Below are positions 1-12,748 of a stretch of 64,000 nt of DNA, piece after piece. The notes beneath the pieces were generated by a model, which saw only the letters and a list, made by a program, of their open reading frames with translations, did no database searches and was not told where the DNA came from. Every line of letters begins with the position of its first letter. Position 1 is the stretch's first letter. The stretch comes from Octopus vulgaris (Eukaryota). The stretch lies in assembly GCA_951406725.2 (NCBI GenBank), contig OX597821.1, positions 97,526,001 to 97,590,000 on the forward strand. The letters run 5' to 3'. A program made the position numbers and the translations under genes.

Positions 1-389
1 TAGCGAGAGCATGTTATTTGTGAGGTCATAAATGGTGATAAATGGTGATGAAAGAACTCTGACACATCTAGCCGCTTGACTGATTGATTGAATGTTTAAT
101 CAAGCAATCAATTAGTCAGTTTATTAAATGGTTAATTAGTTGACTAATAATAATAAAAGTGAAATAGAGCCTGTGCATGTGTTCATAATGAATCTCCAAA
201 GATAGAACAAAATCTGTTTCAACACATGATTTCACATCAAGAATCTTACAAACCAAATATGAAAAAGAAATATTTTAAGTTCCTTTCGTTATTCTTTTTC
301 TTAATGGACAGTGTGTGTATTATGTATGTATAGAGTAACCCCTTTTATATACCTGTGTATATTTATATATGCATGTTTCTTTGTTTCAG

Positions 390-443
390 GCGAAGGCTTC
401 CTGAAATATCAAAAGCTCAAGAAAAAAGAAGCTGTTATTGATG
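390..443 (+). CDS. IFT74: IFT74 internal coding exon (GEGFLKYQKLKKKEAVID)
   Basis: Acceptor tttctttgtttcag, donor G|gtaaga, 54 nt, phase 1-1. Resembles the IFT74 segment GEMNQKYKELKKREEHMD (recalled human sequence). Confidence 0.85.
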
Positions 444-1006
444 GTAAGATATTCCTCATTACTAAGAAAATGGAATATAAAAGATATTTCTATAATATTT
501 CCTTTCAAAAGCTATGATTTTTTTTCTTCTCACTTTCATGATCTAAATGTTGTAATTTGCATTCATTGAAGGCAGCTGAAATTATCAAAGCTATGGCTTT
601 CTAATCTGCTCAGGTTTATCTCTCTTTGGTATCTCTTACTGAGGAAGGCCAAAGAGCCAGAAATGCATCCAGGTGTCTGATAGAGGACGACACTGTGCAG
701 ATAAGATGTTTTTACATCTTCTACCATAAGCAAGAATTTCTCTCCACAGTAAACTGCAATGAAATTGCCTTCAGAAGTTAAAATATGTGACAAATATATC
801 TGAACCAACCTAATATCATCATCATCATCATCATCAACATCATCATTTAACGTCTGCCTTCCATGCTGACATGGGTGGGACAGTTTGACAGGGGCCAGCC
901 AGTCAGAGGCCTGCACCAAACTTCTGTGACTGTTTTGACAGGATTTTTAAGCTGGATGCCCTTCCTAACACCAACCACTCAGCAGAGTGGACTATATATA
1001 TATATA

Positions 1007-1181
1007 GTTAATCCAAACATGAAAACACAAAGAGAAAACACAACAACGTGAGGACGTGGAACAAATGTAGTATTATTGGACACTCAGGAAGTTAGGGAAG
1101 AAGGAGGGTTTAACGTTTCGAGTGGAGCTCTTCGTCGGAAACATAGGAGAAGGAAAGATCCAGAGAAGGGAAGACAGAGGA
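1007..1181 (-). mobile_element. Short Penelope pLTR-like repeat with a minimal hammerhead (1108-1142), inserted in (TA)n
   Basis: Minus strand gttt-CCGACGA-agag..ctc-GAAACGTT-aaac. Near-identical copies at 57135 and 60057. Confidence 0.6.
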
Positions 1182-1611
1182 ATATATATATATATAAAGA
1201 ATCAAATGTTTTGAATGACACAACAATGCCCTATAATACAAACAATGGACTATAATTATAATAACTGTAGTAATTTAATCATCCATAGTCTGATATAATA
1301 TTTCGGAATAAAAATTCCTTCTCCAGCTATCCCTAGGAATTGATGGAGTCACTGCTATAATCGGTTTTCCAACAGCTTTTCTGGGTTTTTTTTTTTCTGG
1401 AAACATCTCAGCAGTGGTCTCACAAAGCTTCTTCCGGAATTCCTCATGAGAAGTGCATGAGGTCGGCCACGTCGCAATCTCGTGTGTGCTGGCACATCTG
1501 TAGCACTGCTTCTAAGTCATGTGTTATACATGCAGCTTCCTTTTATTTTTTTCCCTTCTCCTTTTTTTGTTATCAACAATACATCTATCTATATATATAT
1601 ATATATATATA

Positions 1612-1830
1612 TCAAATGAAATAAAAAATATTGAATTTAACCTTAGATGGTCCATTATTGGATCAGCTGCGGCTTATAAAAATAATAGAACAGGTTGCCA
1701 GCTATGTTGCGTAGAACTTCTAAAAATCATTAGATTCAAAGATAAAAACAAACTAATTAATAAAAGATCTGAATTCAAACCATCTTGCATGCATAAATTA
1801 ACTAAAACCTTTAAATATTATAAGACTTAA
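1612..1830 (+). mobile_element. Penelope-like element, C-terminus of GIY-YIG endonuclease
   Basis: RWSIIGSAAAYKNNRTGCQLCCVELLKIIRFKDKNKLINKRSEFKPSCMHK fits the WxIxxxxxxY...CxLCxxE...LxNKRSE...CxH pattern. Confidence 0.75.
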
Positions 1831-2788
1831 ATATTATAATCCTTAATTCTCCATTGTAATATCTTCATAATCATTTCACATTGGAATTCCAATAATCTAC
1901 TCCACCCTACCACTACTCAGGTATTAGATTAACTACTCATGGACTTACCCCAACAACTCTATCCCCGGATAGTATGCACATACCATTCAATCGGGAAAAT
2001 TTATACTTTTATACTTACCTATGCGTATCTAAATGGAACATAGATAAATAATCTAACCGTGGTCTCTATAATTTAGCATATAACTTCATTAATATTTCAA
2101 GCGAGAGAGAGTGGGCATGTGTATGTGTGCACATATATGTATATATGTGCATACAGACACACAGAAAAGCAGACATTCATTTGTGTGTATGTGCATGTTG
2201 TGTATGAATATTCCATGGCCTTTTTACTTGAGTGAAATGGTGATATGACGTTTGCACTGTTTGTTGATATTTCAACTGGTCAATCTGGACTTTCAAAGAC
2301 TTCTGGAAAGAAAAGAAAAATATTCAAATATTTATTCCCACTTAAATGTAGACATTCTGTTAGAGCAAGCTTTATTGCTGTCGACACCATGAGAGAAACT
2401 CTCATATCGGCTTTTCTTGCAGAATCCACACTTGTTTGTTTATATCAGTCGTGGGGAGATAAGCCTCCACCAACTCCAGCACTGAGAACATCCACATTTA
2501 AGCGGGAATAAGTATTATCTCTCAGTATTAATACTGCTTCTGTTGCTAATACATAATATATGAAAAAAAAAATCCCTTATTTAAGAAAGAGATAAGAACT
2601 GTCATTTGGAAGAACATGTGACCATAGAATCTGTGTCAAATATGTCCCCAACCAGCCCAAGATAACAAGGAAAAACATGCATTAAATCAACAGATGACAT
2701 AAGTTTGTTGAAGCCACTGTGTCTGCTAAGCTGGGAAACTTGAATGTAAGGATTCAAAACTCAATAGGAGCCTTATTATGACTATATA

Positions 2789-3206
2789 CTCTCTCTCTCT
2801 TTTACTCTTTTACTTGTTTCAGTCAGTTGACTGCAGCCATGCTGGAGCACCGCCTTTAGCCGAGCAAATCGACCCCGGGACTTATTCTTTGTAAGACCAG
2901 TACTTATTCTATCGGTCTCTTTTGCCGAACCGCTAAGTGACAGGGACATAAACACACCAGCATCGGTTGTCAAGCAATGCTTGGGGGACAAACACTGACA
3001 CACAAACATACACGCACATACATTTATATACATACATATATACGACGGGCTTCTTTCAGTTTCCGTCTACCAAATCCACTCACAAGGCTTTGGTCGGCCC
3101 GATGCTATAGTAGAAGACACTTGCCCAAGGTGCCACGCAGTGGGACTGAACCCGGAACCATGTGGTTGGTAAGCAAGCTACTTACCACACAGCCGCTCCT
3201 GCGCCT
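2789..3206 (-). mobile_element. Abundant tRNA-derived SINE, family A (OK-like)
   Basis: About 420-bp repeat with a tRNA-like head, internal (TA/TG)n and a (GTAAAAGA)n tail. Many copies in the window. Confidence 0.9.
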
Positions 3207-4350
3207 ATACTGTGTGGTTTTGCATAAGTTTTGTTGTTTCTTGTTATTGTTTTTGTTGTTGTTTAGCTCAGGTCAGTCCTGAACAGCAGACCTATGAACA
3301 AAAACTCTTTAACTGTGACCACCTCATCTCTTATTCAGATAGAGTAATTCTAAGACTACATTATCTCATGTGTTTTTACTGCTTTACAACAGTAAGATGT
3401 GATTTGAGTGATGTTTTTTTTTATTTCTTGTAAGTCACTTGATAAAGTAGCCATTCTTATATTAGCTCATGTTTTGCTTGTTTAATAATGTCAAGCTGAC
3501 TCCACAATGAATAATCAGAAAGATTTCCTTATGTTATTCACAAAAAAAGACACAATGTAGAGCCAACAAAGTAAGTGTGAGAATTGAATATTTATGTGAT
3601 CGACTAAGAATTGAAAATATGCTATTTTTTTAGCCTTTCTCATTCCAACCCACCTGAAACCACTTTTGGTTTTATGATACAAAAAAAAAAAAAGAATTTT
3701 ATTTTTGAATGACCCTATTATAATTTATACATTCCACATAATTTTTTATATAGGAAAAGTGTTCAAAACCTGCTGAGATCACCTGTACTTTTCATCCTTC
3801 TGAGTACTTTATTTTAAAGTGCCTGACAAGTAGTAGGGTTAATTTAATTAATTATACAGATCACCCCCAAAAAATTGAGACCTAGTACCTGTATCAGAAA
3901 TTGATAGCAAAGACATCCCGCCAGTTTCACTCAAAATTTTTTTGAATTCTTGATTATTTTCAAAATTAATTGAAAACTGCCAGTTTTCAATGTATTACAT
4001 TATAAATGTTTCAGTGTTACATTATAAATATGGTTCCAAAAGAGTAAATGTATGACCTAAACGTTAAAAGTCTTGCCCAACAAAACCAAGTCAAAGGACT
4101 ATATCGTATACTGATGCCTGCTTTGGCATGTTTTCTCCATAAAAACCGATTACTTTACAGGGTTTACTGAGTGCTTTTTTCATGGCACCAGCACTAGTGA
4201 TGATCACCTCATAACTTCTACATCTAAGGACCTAAAGTGCCCCCTATAACTGAGGGACACCAAAAGAGTGAGTGAGTGAGTGACAATGCAGAGATGTTTA
4301 AATAATTTTCAATTCCTTTATCACAAATCTTCATTTGTTTATTTTTACAG

Positions 4351-4391
4351 AATTTATACAAAATTTTGAACAGAATAAACAACATGAAGAG
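4351..4391 (+). CDS. IFT74: IFT74 coding exon (EFIQNFEQNKQHEE)
   Basis: Acceptor tttatttttacag, donor GAG|gtatga, phase 1-0. Joins the previous exon in frame. Resembles TFIETFEETKNQE. Confidence 0.85.
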
Positions 4392-4539
4392 GTATGAGTT
4401 TTTTTCTTTTTTTTCTTTTTTTTAATGTGAAAACTCATTTGACTTGTTGGAGCCTCTCACTGCAATGCCTTCTTCATAATAGGAAATAGCAAACTGTTGT
4501 TTTTAACCAACACCTACAAGATTAACCTAACAAAGTTTC

Positions 4540-5570
4540 ATGATTGCGTCTGGCATGCAAATCATCTTTCAAAACTGCCTACCTACAGGTCCCACCTATT
4601 GTTCATCTCTTGGTTCAGTGGCTGCCTATCTGACTGCATCATCACAGCATATGTTGATAGAGTCCCCCACGCTTTGAATTTGTTCCCCTCCCCTCTCTTC
4701 TTTCTAGAAATCATTCCTCTACTTATCACCATATCCTGCACCACTTTTATGCAGGCTATATGACCCTTCATTCTTCCTTAACTTTACCCAACTATGCATC
4801 ATCCACACACAACCTAGACACCACACAACAAACCTGCTTTGATTTTATCCTCAGAGACCTTGAGAAAATCTTTCAGTGGATTCATGCCAACTTTCTTTCA
4901 TTTAACAACAAAAAAACTGAAGCACTATTCCTGTCAAGAAACACGATCACATCTTACCTTCTCTAAACATGAATGGAACTCAATTAGAGACCTTGTAATC
5001 ACACCAAATGCTGAGCCTTATCACCAAGGATCTTTCCTAGCAAAAGCACATCCTTAACATAACTAGGATCACATCCCAAAGATTGGCTCTTCTCTCCAGA
5101 GCCAACAAATATTTCAACTCCTAACAGCTACTGACACTTTACAAGGCTCAAGTAATGTTTACTATGAAATACTGCTCCCACATCTGGGACATTGCTACTA
5201 CTATGCACACAAATATTCTGGGCCACATCCAAGGAAGGGCCACCTGATTAATTGGTATTCGGTCCCTAACAGGTATACTCTAGCCTCTGGTCCACACCTG
5301 TGGACCAGAGGCTTTCTATCTTTTCTATTGCTACTATAATGGCCACTGCACCTTCACCACTCATGCACTCCCAAGCCCCTGCTCTTTCTTGCTTTCATCA
5401 CTCTTGCTGCCTCCAACTCCCTCAGCCCCACACTAACCATTATATCTAATCCTTTGTCCTCAAAACATCAGTCCTCTGGAATCTTCTCTCTGCTCGGTCT
5501 TTCCTACCGTTGTTGACCTGCAACAGTCAATATAGAGCATCAATGGCATTGAGCTTTCTGATCTCAGAAA
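4540..5570 (+). mobile_element. Decayed CR1/L2/Jockey-group LINE RT fragment
   Basis: MTLHSS...ILRDLEKIFQWIHANFLSFNNKKTEALFLSR is the RT segment that follows YADD. Many frameshifts. Confidence 0.7.
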
Positions 5571-5799
5571 GCCTGCAAACTTCTTCCAAACTCAATTATT
5601 AAGAAACAGGAAGAAAACTTGAATAATACTTTTTCAGGTCAGCTATGAAGAGAAAATGGTGCATGAGCACAGTCCTTGCTCACCTCATGTAGTATCATAA
5701 ATTTGTTATTTTTTTTTTTTTTCATTTTGCAAATTTAAAGGTATTAAGCATAAGCTAATGTGTGCAATCCTGAGCAAGTCTATCCACAGCAACCTCCAT

Positions 5800-8210
5800 C
5801 TTATGCAATATATCGTAGAGAGGGTGGAGGGATGGAATCTGGCTTCGGTAGGGCCCTGATCAGTTTAGATTAGTCGAAAGCTTTTGATAGGGTTGACCAT
5901 CACTACTTGGAAGCAGCCAGTTTTGGACCCATTTTCAGAGGCTGGATTGCAGCAATGCACAGCAGCACTTGTTTGATGGTCAAAATAAATGGAACTGGAT
6001 CGGCACTTGTTCGGTGGTCAAAATAAACAAAACCGTTTAGTATTTTATATTCAGTCTGCCAGGGCTGCCTGCTGTCATCTCTTCTGTGTATGTTGGATCT
6101 TGAGCCACTGCTGTGAAAGTTGGAACAGTTAAGAGGCCTCTTTTTGAAATTGGACTCAGAAGGGCAGTGTCTGCATATGCAGATGACGTCACCATCATGG
6201 TGTTGGACACCTCCAAAGTGGAGACAGTCGACTCCATTGTAAGAGAATATGAGTCAGTTGCAGGGGTTGAAATCAATGCCAACACATTGGTGGGATTGTG
6301 ACTGGGCACCTGGAGAGGTAGATTGATGCTAACGGACAACAGTGGTGGACACTGGACTGACAGACCAGTTAAACTGCTTGGGGTCTGGTTCAGTCCCGAT
6401 CTTCAGGTTAATAAAAATTGGGAAGATGTGAAGAACAGAGTGGCCTGTCTTCAGAAAGAGAGGAAGTTGTACCTGAAAGGCCAAGCAGAAGTGGTGAATG
6501 CTTACATCACCTCTGTCATTATTTATCATCTGACCATTGTGCCTTGCCCCAGTTACTGCTTGATTAGATAGGAGTGTATCCTGTTTATTTTCTTGTGGAA
6601 GGGACATGTTCTAATGGTTAGGCGGTCAGTCTGTTGCCAACTCCTTCCGTGTGGTGGCTTAGGCATGCCATGGCTTTTGATGCACAGACACGCACTCAGG
6701 TTGCACCACCTGCAACAATTTCTAGAATGTGAATGGGTTCCGTTTGTGAGCTATGCCTTTCTGCAGCTGCAATACTGGGTAAAGGATAGGCCGAGATGCT
6801 CATTGTCCTCTACAAATTGGGATGTTCCACTTTGGCTATATACAGAGGATTAGTAGCGGGGAAGTGTGATGATATCCCCAAGAATACCCTAGGCGTCAAC
6901 AAAGACAAACTGGCAAGTCTATTCCAGAGGGCTTTCTGGTCAGGGACTATTATGGGTAATTTCTAGATGTCTTTGGCCTGGCAGTGCTACCGGGGTGGGG
7001 GAGGGGGCACTACCAGTTCAAGATAAATTCTACAGGCATGGATGTGCTGTCAGACAGGCTTATCCAAGGTGCTCGCAGAGTGATGAAACCATTCTGCATG
7101 CATTCGTTCAGTATCCAGGCATTGCTGATGGGTGGAGGTACAATGGCCCAGTGGTTAGGGCAGCGGACTTGCGGTCATAGGATCACGGTTTAGATTCCCA
7201 GACCGGGCGTTGTGAGTGTTTATTGAGCGAAAACACCTAAAGCTCCACGAGGCTCCGGCAGGGGATGGTGGTGATCCCTGCTGTACTCTTTCACCACAAC
7301 TTTCTCTCACTCTTACTTCCTGTTTCTGTTGTACCTGTATAACGAAGGGCCGGCCTTGTCACTCCCTGTGTCACGCTGAATATCCCCGAGAACTACGTTA
7401 AGGGTACACGTGTCTGTGGAGTGCTCAGCCACTTACACGTTAATTTCACGAGCAGGCTGTTCCGTTGATTCGGATCACCCGGAACCCTCGTCGTCGCAAC
7501 CGACGGAGTGCTTCCATTGTTGATGGATGTATGGAGTTATGTTGAACAGCTGCTGTCGTTTGTGAGATGGATCTGTCTCTCAGCCAAGTTCATAATGATG
7601 ATTGCCCTGCTGCTCTCCTTTAATTGGGCAGGCAAGGCAGTTTTTCCTTTGTCTGCTGGCTGTGGCGAAAGAGGTTGTCTTGGTGGACGAGGCTGAAAGG
7701 AATGAGGATAGAAACATTCCTGTTTAATAAAGCTCTGATTGAGTTTTTCAAGTTTCACTTGAAAAGGGAAGTGAGGGTGGAGAGGGAGATGCTGTCCTCG
7801 AGTGAATTTATCAAAAGGTGGGTGAAAGTTGCAAAAATGGCAAGAGTGGATAGTACCACTCTCAGTGTAGACCTGTGAGTTGGAAGAAAGGGATTTGGAG
7901 AGGGCACTTGTCCTTAGTATTCAGGATGATCTTGTATGGTGGGGTTCCTCGATTATCCCTAGAGGTCCTTCCATATAAGGAGGACCCCGTCACTATCACT
8001 TTTTTTCTTCTTCTTCTCCTAGTGCCATACATTATGTACACTTCCCTTTTAACGTATACTTTTTCTTGTCCATTATATGTAAACCCCCCCACACTTTATG
8101 TTTGTCTCTGTATTGTCCCCCTCAACCTTTGCCTTGGTGGCAAATAAAAGAAATCATCATTGTCATTATTATTATTATTATTATTATTATTAATATCATT
8201 ATTATTATTA
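5800..8210 (+). mobile_element. Decayed L1/Tx1-clade LINE, 3' half with tail
   Basis: AFDRVDH-like motif near 5880, VSAYADDVTI, VKLLGVWF, GGLGMP and CPR-like/ETILHAFVQ zinc-knuckle remnants. AATAAA then a (TTA)n tail. Confidence 0.85.
7132..7514 (+). mobile_element. tRNA-derived SINE (octopus OR-type) nested in the Tx1 LINE
   Basis: Box A/B-like head tggcccagtggttaggg...ggtttagattccc. 12-bp TSD cattg(c/t)tgatgg at 7120 and 7515. Confidence 0.85.
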
Positions 8211-8218
8211 TGTTCTAG

Positions 8219-8275
8219 TTAGCAATCAACAGGGCCCAGGTGAACATTGTGAATTTATTGGAAAAGATCAGTCAG
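8219..8275 (+). CDS. IFT74: IFT74 coding exon (LAINRAQVNIVNLLEKISQ)
   Basis: Acceptor tgttctag, donor CAG|gtaagt, 57 nt, phase 0-0. Resembles AQIEANIVALLEHCSR. Confidence 0.85.
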
Positions 8276-8917
8276 GTAAGTTTATAGAAATATTCTTGTT
8301 TGTAATTTGCCATAAATTTTATTGTATTTACATTAAAAGCTTACCTCTTTTTACATCAAAACATAGAACTTGTTACTACTACTACTACTACTACTTGAAG
8401 CACCATTATTACTTCTAGTACTATGGTTACAGATCCTTATTATATTGGCAGTATATATTCAAAAATTATTATATTTACTTTAGAAATCATAATATCATTT
8501 AAAAACTGATAAAAGTTCTATAGGGCTTCAAACAAAATTCTTTGGTTTATGAAGTTAGTTCCTTTTATGTTACTTGTTCAAATCCTGCAAAAGTCAACTT
8601 ACTTTTTATACTTCTGGGATCAGTAAAATAAGAGCTAGTATTAAAATTCATTAGGTCCTTTATACCATTCCTTCTGATCTCATAGTTGTATGTATGTGTG
8701 TGTGTGTGTTTATGTTAGAGTCGCCTTGTCTAGACATTACATAATAGTTGTAAGCAGGTGTTATTGCCATACAAGTGGTATCATTCATGTCCAGTCATTC
8801 ATGAAATCATGTCTGGTCATGGGGAAATATTTCTTTACTTGGAAACAGGTGAGATGAGAATTAGTTACAAGAAGGGCATCTGATCAAAAAAAAAAAATCT
8901 GCCTCCACAAATTCTTA

Positions 8918-9125
8918 GTTCTTTATTGCCCACAAGGGGCTAAACATAGAGGGTTAAGTCGATTACATCGACCCCCAGTGCATAAATGGTACTTAATTTA
9001 TCAACCCCGAAAGGATGAAAATGCAAAGTCGACCTCGGCGGAATTTGAACTCAGAACGTAACGGCAGACGAAATATCGGTAAGCATTTCGCCCGGCGTGC
9101 TAACATTTCTGCCAGCTCACCGCCT
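8918..9125 (-). mobile_element. SINE family B (Meta/MESC-like central domain)
   Basis: Core tcatcctttcggggtygataaattaagtacc on the minus strand. TSD tccacaaattct. Confidence 0.85.
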
Positions 9126-9289
9126 CCACAAATTCTGTCTGACCCATGAATGCTGGAAAAATTATCATTAAAACAATGCTTCTGCTGCTGCTGATGATGA
9201 TGATGGTGATGATGGCTATTACTAGGCATGCTGACATATAATTTTGGTCTTGATTTTAATTGTTCTTTTATTTTTCATCTGGGTTCCAG

Positions 9290-9413
9290 AATATCAACCG
9301 ATCTTCCTTCAATTTACCTTCCGGGGATCAATTAGAAGGCATGAAAGAAAACCTGAACTACAAGGAGGGGGAGTTGAAAAACTCTGAGAGCACCGTGACC
9401 AACATATCAACTG
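9290..9413 (+). CDS. IFT74: IFT74 coding exon (NINRSSFNLPSGDQLEGMKENLNYKEGELKNSESTVTNIST)
   Basis: Acceptor ttccag, donor G|gtaagg, 124 nt, phase 0-1. Resembles NINR...[23 protein letters not shown]. Confidence 0.9.
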
Positions 9414-9625
9414 GTAAGGGAAACCTGTGTCCACATGGGAACATGCACTAAATAAATGTGAAAATGATAAAAACTATGATGTTGTTGTTTAGCCCTAGGC
9501 CAGTCCTGTCCAAGTAGATCTATTAGCAAAGGCATTCCTTCTATTATCATTGCTATTTTGTATATCTGAAAGAACCACTCGTGATTGGTATGCCAAGTGA
9601 ATTTAGAATCAGGTTAGAGTATGAA

Positions 9626-9694
<69 letters not shown>

Positions 9695-10230
9695 GTGTGT
9701 GTATGTATATTTATGTGTGTATGAATCTCATGTATGTATGTAATATATATAGGTAAGTGTGTATTGTATGTACATATGCATATATTTATATATGTTTGTT
9801 CATTTGTTCCCTATCTGGGATCAAATCACTCCAGGGATCAGTTGTGGTCAGTACCAATAATATTCTAGAGAATGATTCAGTCAACTTTACCATATATTCC
9901 ACAGGGAATACAGCGTCAGTTGTTAGTTGTCAGAGCACTGCATCCGTCAAAACTTCCATGCTTTCTGAGATTCGCCAACACTACACCTGATTTTCTCCCC
10001 TCCATACACACACAAGCATGTATCTGACTCATGCATTGTTCGCTTTCCAGACATTTGTACATTAGTGCATATACTTTATACGCACTTTCTGACAAGCTGT
10101 GGTGCACCTGAGCACTGTATACAATAATTTCATTATTATTATTATTATTATTATATTATTATATTTAAAAAGCCATAACAGGTAAACTTTTTCCCTTGAA
10201 AGTCTAATTTTAATCTTGGAATATTTCCAG

Positions 10231-10394
10231 AAAATCAGAAACTTCAAGAAGATCTTCAGAAAGTAGAACTACTTGAGAGTAAAACTCATCGAGAGATTTC
10301 TATTTTGAAAGAGAAAATTGCTAAAATGGCTGATGAACTTATGACATATCGAGATATGAAGGGTTTGAAAGACAAATCTGAATGTAGAAAACAA
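10231..10394 (+). CDS. IFT74: IFT74 coding exon (ENQKLQEDLQKVELLESK...DKSECRKQ)
   Basis: Acceptor atttccag, donor CAA|gtgagt, 164 nt, phase 1-0. Resembles LQLDLQKMELLESK. Confidence 0.92.
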
Positions 10395-10708
10395 GTGAGT
10401 CTTCTTTTATTGAACTTCCTGCAGTTGTGTGTGTGTGTGTATGTGTGTGTGGGCGCACATGCATTTGTGTGTGTTTGTGCATGTGTGCATGCGTTACTGT
10501 ATGTAACAGTGCATATGTGTCTACTTGTCTGTGTCTGATGTGTGCGTATGTGTTTGCCTGTGTCTGTGTATGTTACTGTATGTATCAGTGTGTTTCTGTA
10601 TATATACGTTTCTGCAGTGTATTTGTCTGTTTTTGTATGTTTATTTGTACCTCTAAGAGTGGAGGAAAAGTGAATGTGTTGGGTGCCATTGGTTAATTAG
10701 GTTAATTA

Positions 10709-11131
10709 GGCGGCGAGCTGGCAGAAACGTTAGCACGCCGGGCAAAATGCGTAGCCGTATTTCGTCTGCCGCTACATTCTGAGTTAAAATTCCGCCAAGG
10801 TCGACTTTGCCTTTCATCCTTTCGGGGTCGATTAAATAAGTACCAGTTACGCACTGGGGTCGATATAATTGACTTAAATCATTTGTCTGTGCTTGTTTGT
10901 CATCTCTGTGTTTAACCCCTTGTGGGTAGTAAAGAAATAGAAATAGGTATTTCGTCTGCCGCTACGTTCTGAGTTCAAATTCCGCCGAGGTCGACTTTGC
11001 CTTTCATCCTTTCAGGGTCGATTAAATAAGTATCAGTTACGCACTGGGGTCGATATAATCGACTTAAACCGTTTGTCTGTGCTTGTTTGTCCTCTCTGTG
11101 TTTAGCCCCTTGTGGGCAATAAAGAAATAGG
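10709..11131 (+). mobile_element. SINE family B with tandem duplication of its 3' ~190 bp
   Basis: The unit gtatttcgtctgccgctac...aaagaaatag is present twice. Confidence 0.9.
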
Positions 11132-11582
11132 TTACGTTTTCTAAATAGTTTAGAAAAGTAGTTTATTGGGCAGTAAGCTTTTGCCAGTCAGCTGAACAGC
11201 CTTCATTTGGATGTGATGTCAGATATTTGCAGAGGAGCTGCACTGCCTCAGATATTTGAGTAGTACTGTAATATATGTCTAAGTTTGTTGTGTGTGTGTG
11301 TGTGTGTGTGTGTGTAACAGCAGTACTGTAATGTGAGCGTAGGTTGTTTGTGTGTGTAACAGCTGCTCTACTCCAGTTATGTGGACAACACTATAACATT
11401 GATATAATATATCAAAAGCATTGTGGTAGTCAAAAGTACTCTAATGTGGGTCTTTCTTGATATTTGTTAGCTGGTCATCAATTGATGAGAGCTGAAGTAT
11501 TTTCTAGCCCTATCCAACCTATACCAGTATGGAAGGTGGACATTAAACAGAAACAAAGATGAAACTTAATCTTTTTTTTTTT

Positions 11583-11782
11583 TTTCTTACTTGTTTCAGT
11601 CATTTGACTGCGGCCATGCTGGAGCACCACCTTTAATCAAGCAAATCGACCCCGGGACTTATTCTTTGTAAGCCCAGTACTTATTCTATCGGTCTCTTTT
11701 GCCGAACCGCTAAGTGACGGGGACGTAAACACACCAGCATCGGTTGTCAAGCAATGCTAGGGGAACAAACACAGACACACTA

Positions 11783-11855
<73 letters not shown>

Positions 11856-12011
11856 TACGACAGGCTTCTTTCAGTTTCCGTCTATGAAATCCACTCACAA
11901 GGCTTTGGTCAGCCCGGGGCTATAGCAGAAGACACTTGCCCAAGATGCCACGCAGTGGGACTGAACCCGGAACCATGTGGTTGGTTAGCAAGCTACTTAC
12001 CACACAGCCAC
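11583..12011 (-). mobile_element. SINE family A copy
   Basis: Identity to 2789-3206. Confidence 0.9.
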
Positions 12012-12748
12012 TTATGGGTCAGTTTTGATAGTGTTCAATACATGGTTTCATTGTTGTGAGAGAGGTCTAATGTGTTGTTGTTGTTGTGTTGGGGGAGTCT
12101 ATTTCCTTGAGATGTGTTGTCAGCGTTCTTTGGAGTGGGTGAGACAAGGTTGGGCTATTTCTGGTGGAAGATATTTCCAAGTCTTTTGTAAAGGACCGTG
12201 CTATGTGAGGTGACGAGAATTAGTCTTTAGCACATTACACGGTTGATACAACAAAAAGAAATTGAATAATACATATAATGTGCCAGTGGGAAAAAGAGTG
12301 AGACACAACTGAGTAGAATGTTTAAGAGGAAATTTATTGATATGTTAACATGTGTGCCTGTGTCTGCATCATGTATACAGAATAATACACTGGCTGTCAT
12401 GAGAACAAAGTGTATGTGTGTATAGGCATGGATGTGTGTGTGTGTGTGCGTTAAGTATATATAAGAAAAGCAATGAGGCAGAAGTGAAAGAGTCTATAAT
12501 GAGAAGTTAGACGAATGTTCATAGACACAAGAATGAGAAATCCCATTCCATAGTCTATTGTACATAATAACTGAAATACTGTATCAAGAAGTTGCAGCCA
12601 TGATGTGGAGCCTGTTGCTGTACGTGTCATACATGAAGTTGTGGCTGTAATACTGCTGCCTGGGTCACTTGGTACAGGATTTCTTGCAGGTTGTATATTC
12701 ACTGTTGATTCATAAACAGTGCAGTTGTTAGAATCTGTGCAAGTCACA

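Noticed and set aside
1283-1332. Minus-strand hammerhead-like CTGGAGA-ggaa/ttcc-GAAA motif
   Set aside because: Core mismatch, and stem I does not close adjacent to the cleavage site. At best a remnant.
2977-3282. Recurrent ORFs containing RRASFSFRLPNPLTRLWSAR, or LRSEFKFRRGRLCL in family B copies
   Set aside because: Open frames within high-copy SINEs, not genes.
7132-7210. tRNA-like sequence (also 46405-46470 and SINE family A heads)
   Set aside because: These are SINE heads with TSDs and repeat bodies, with no complete cloverleaf.
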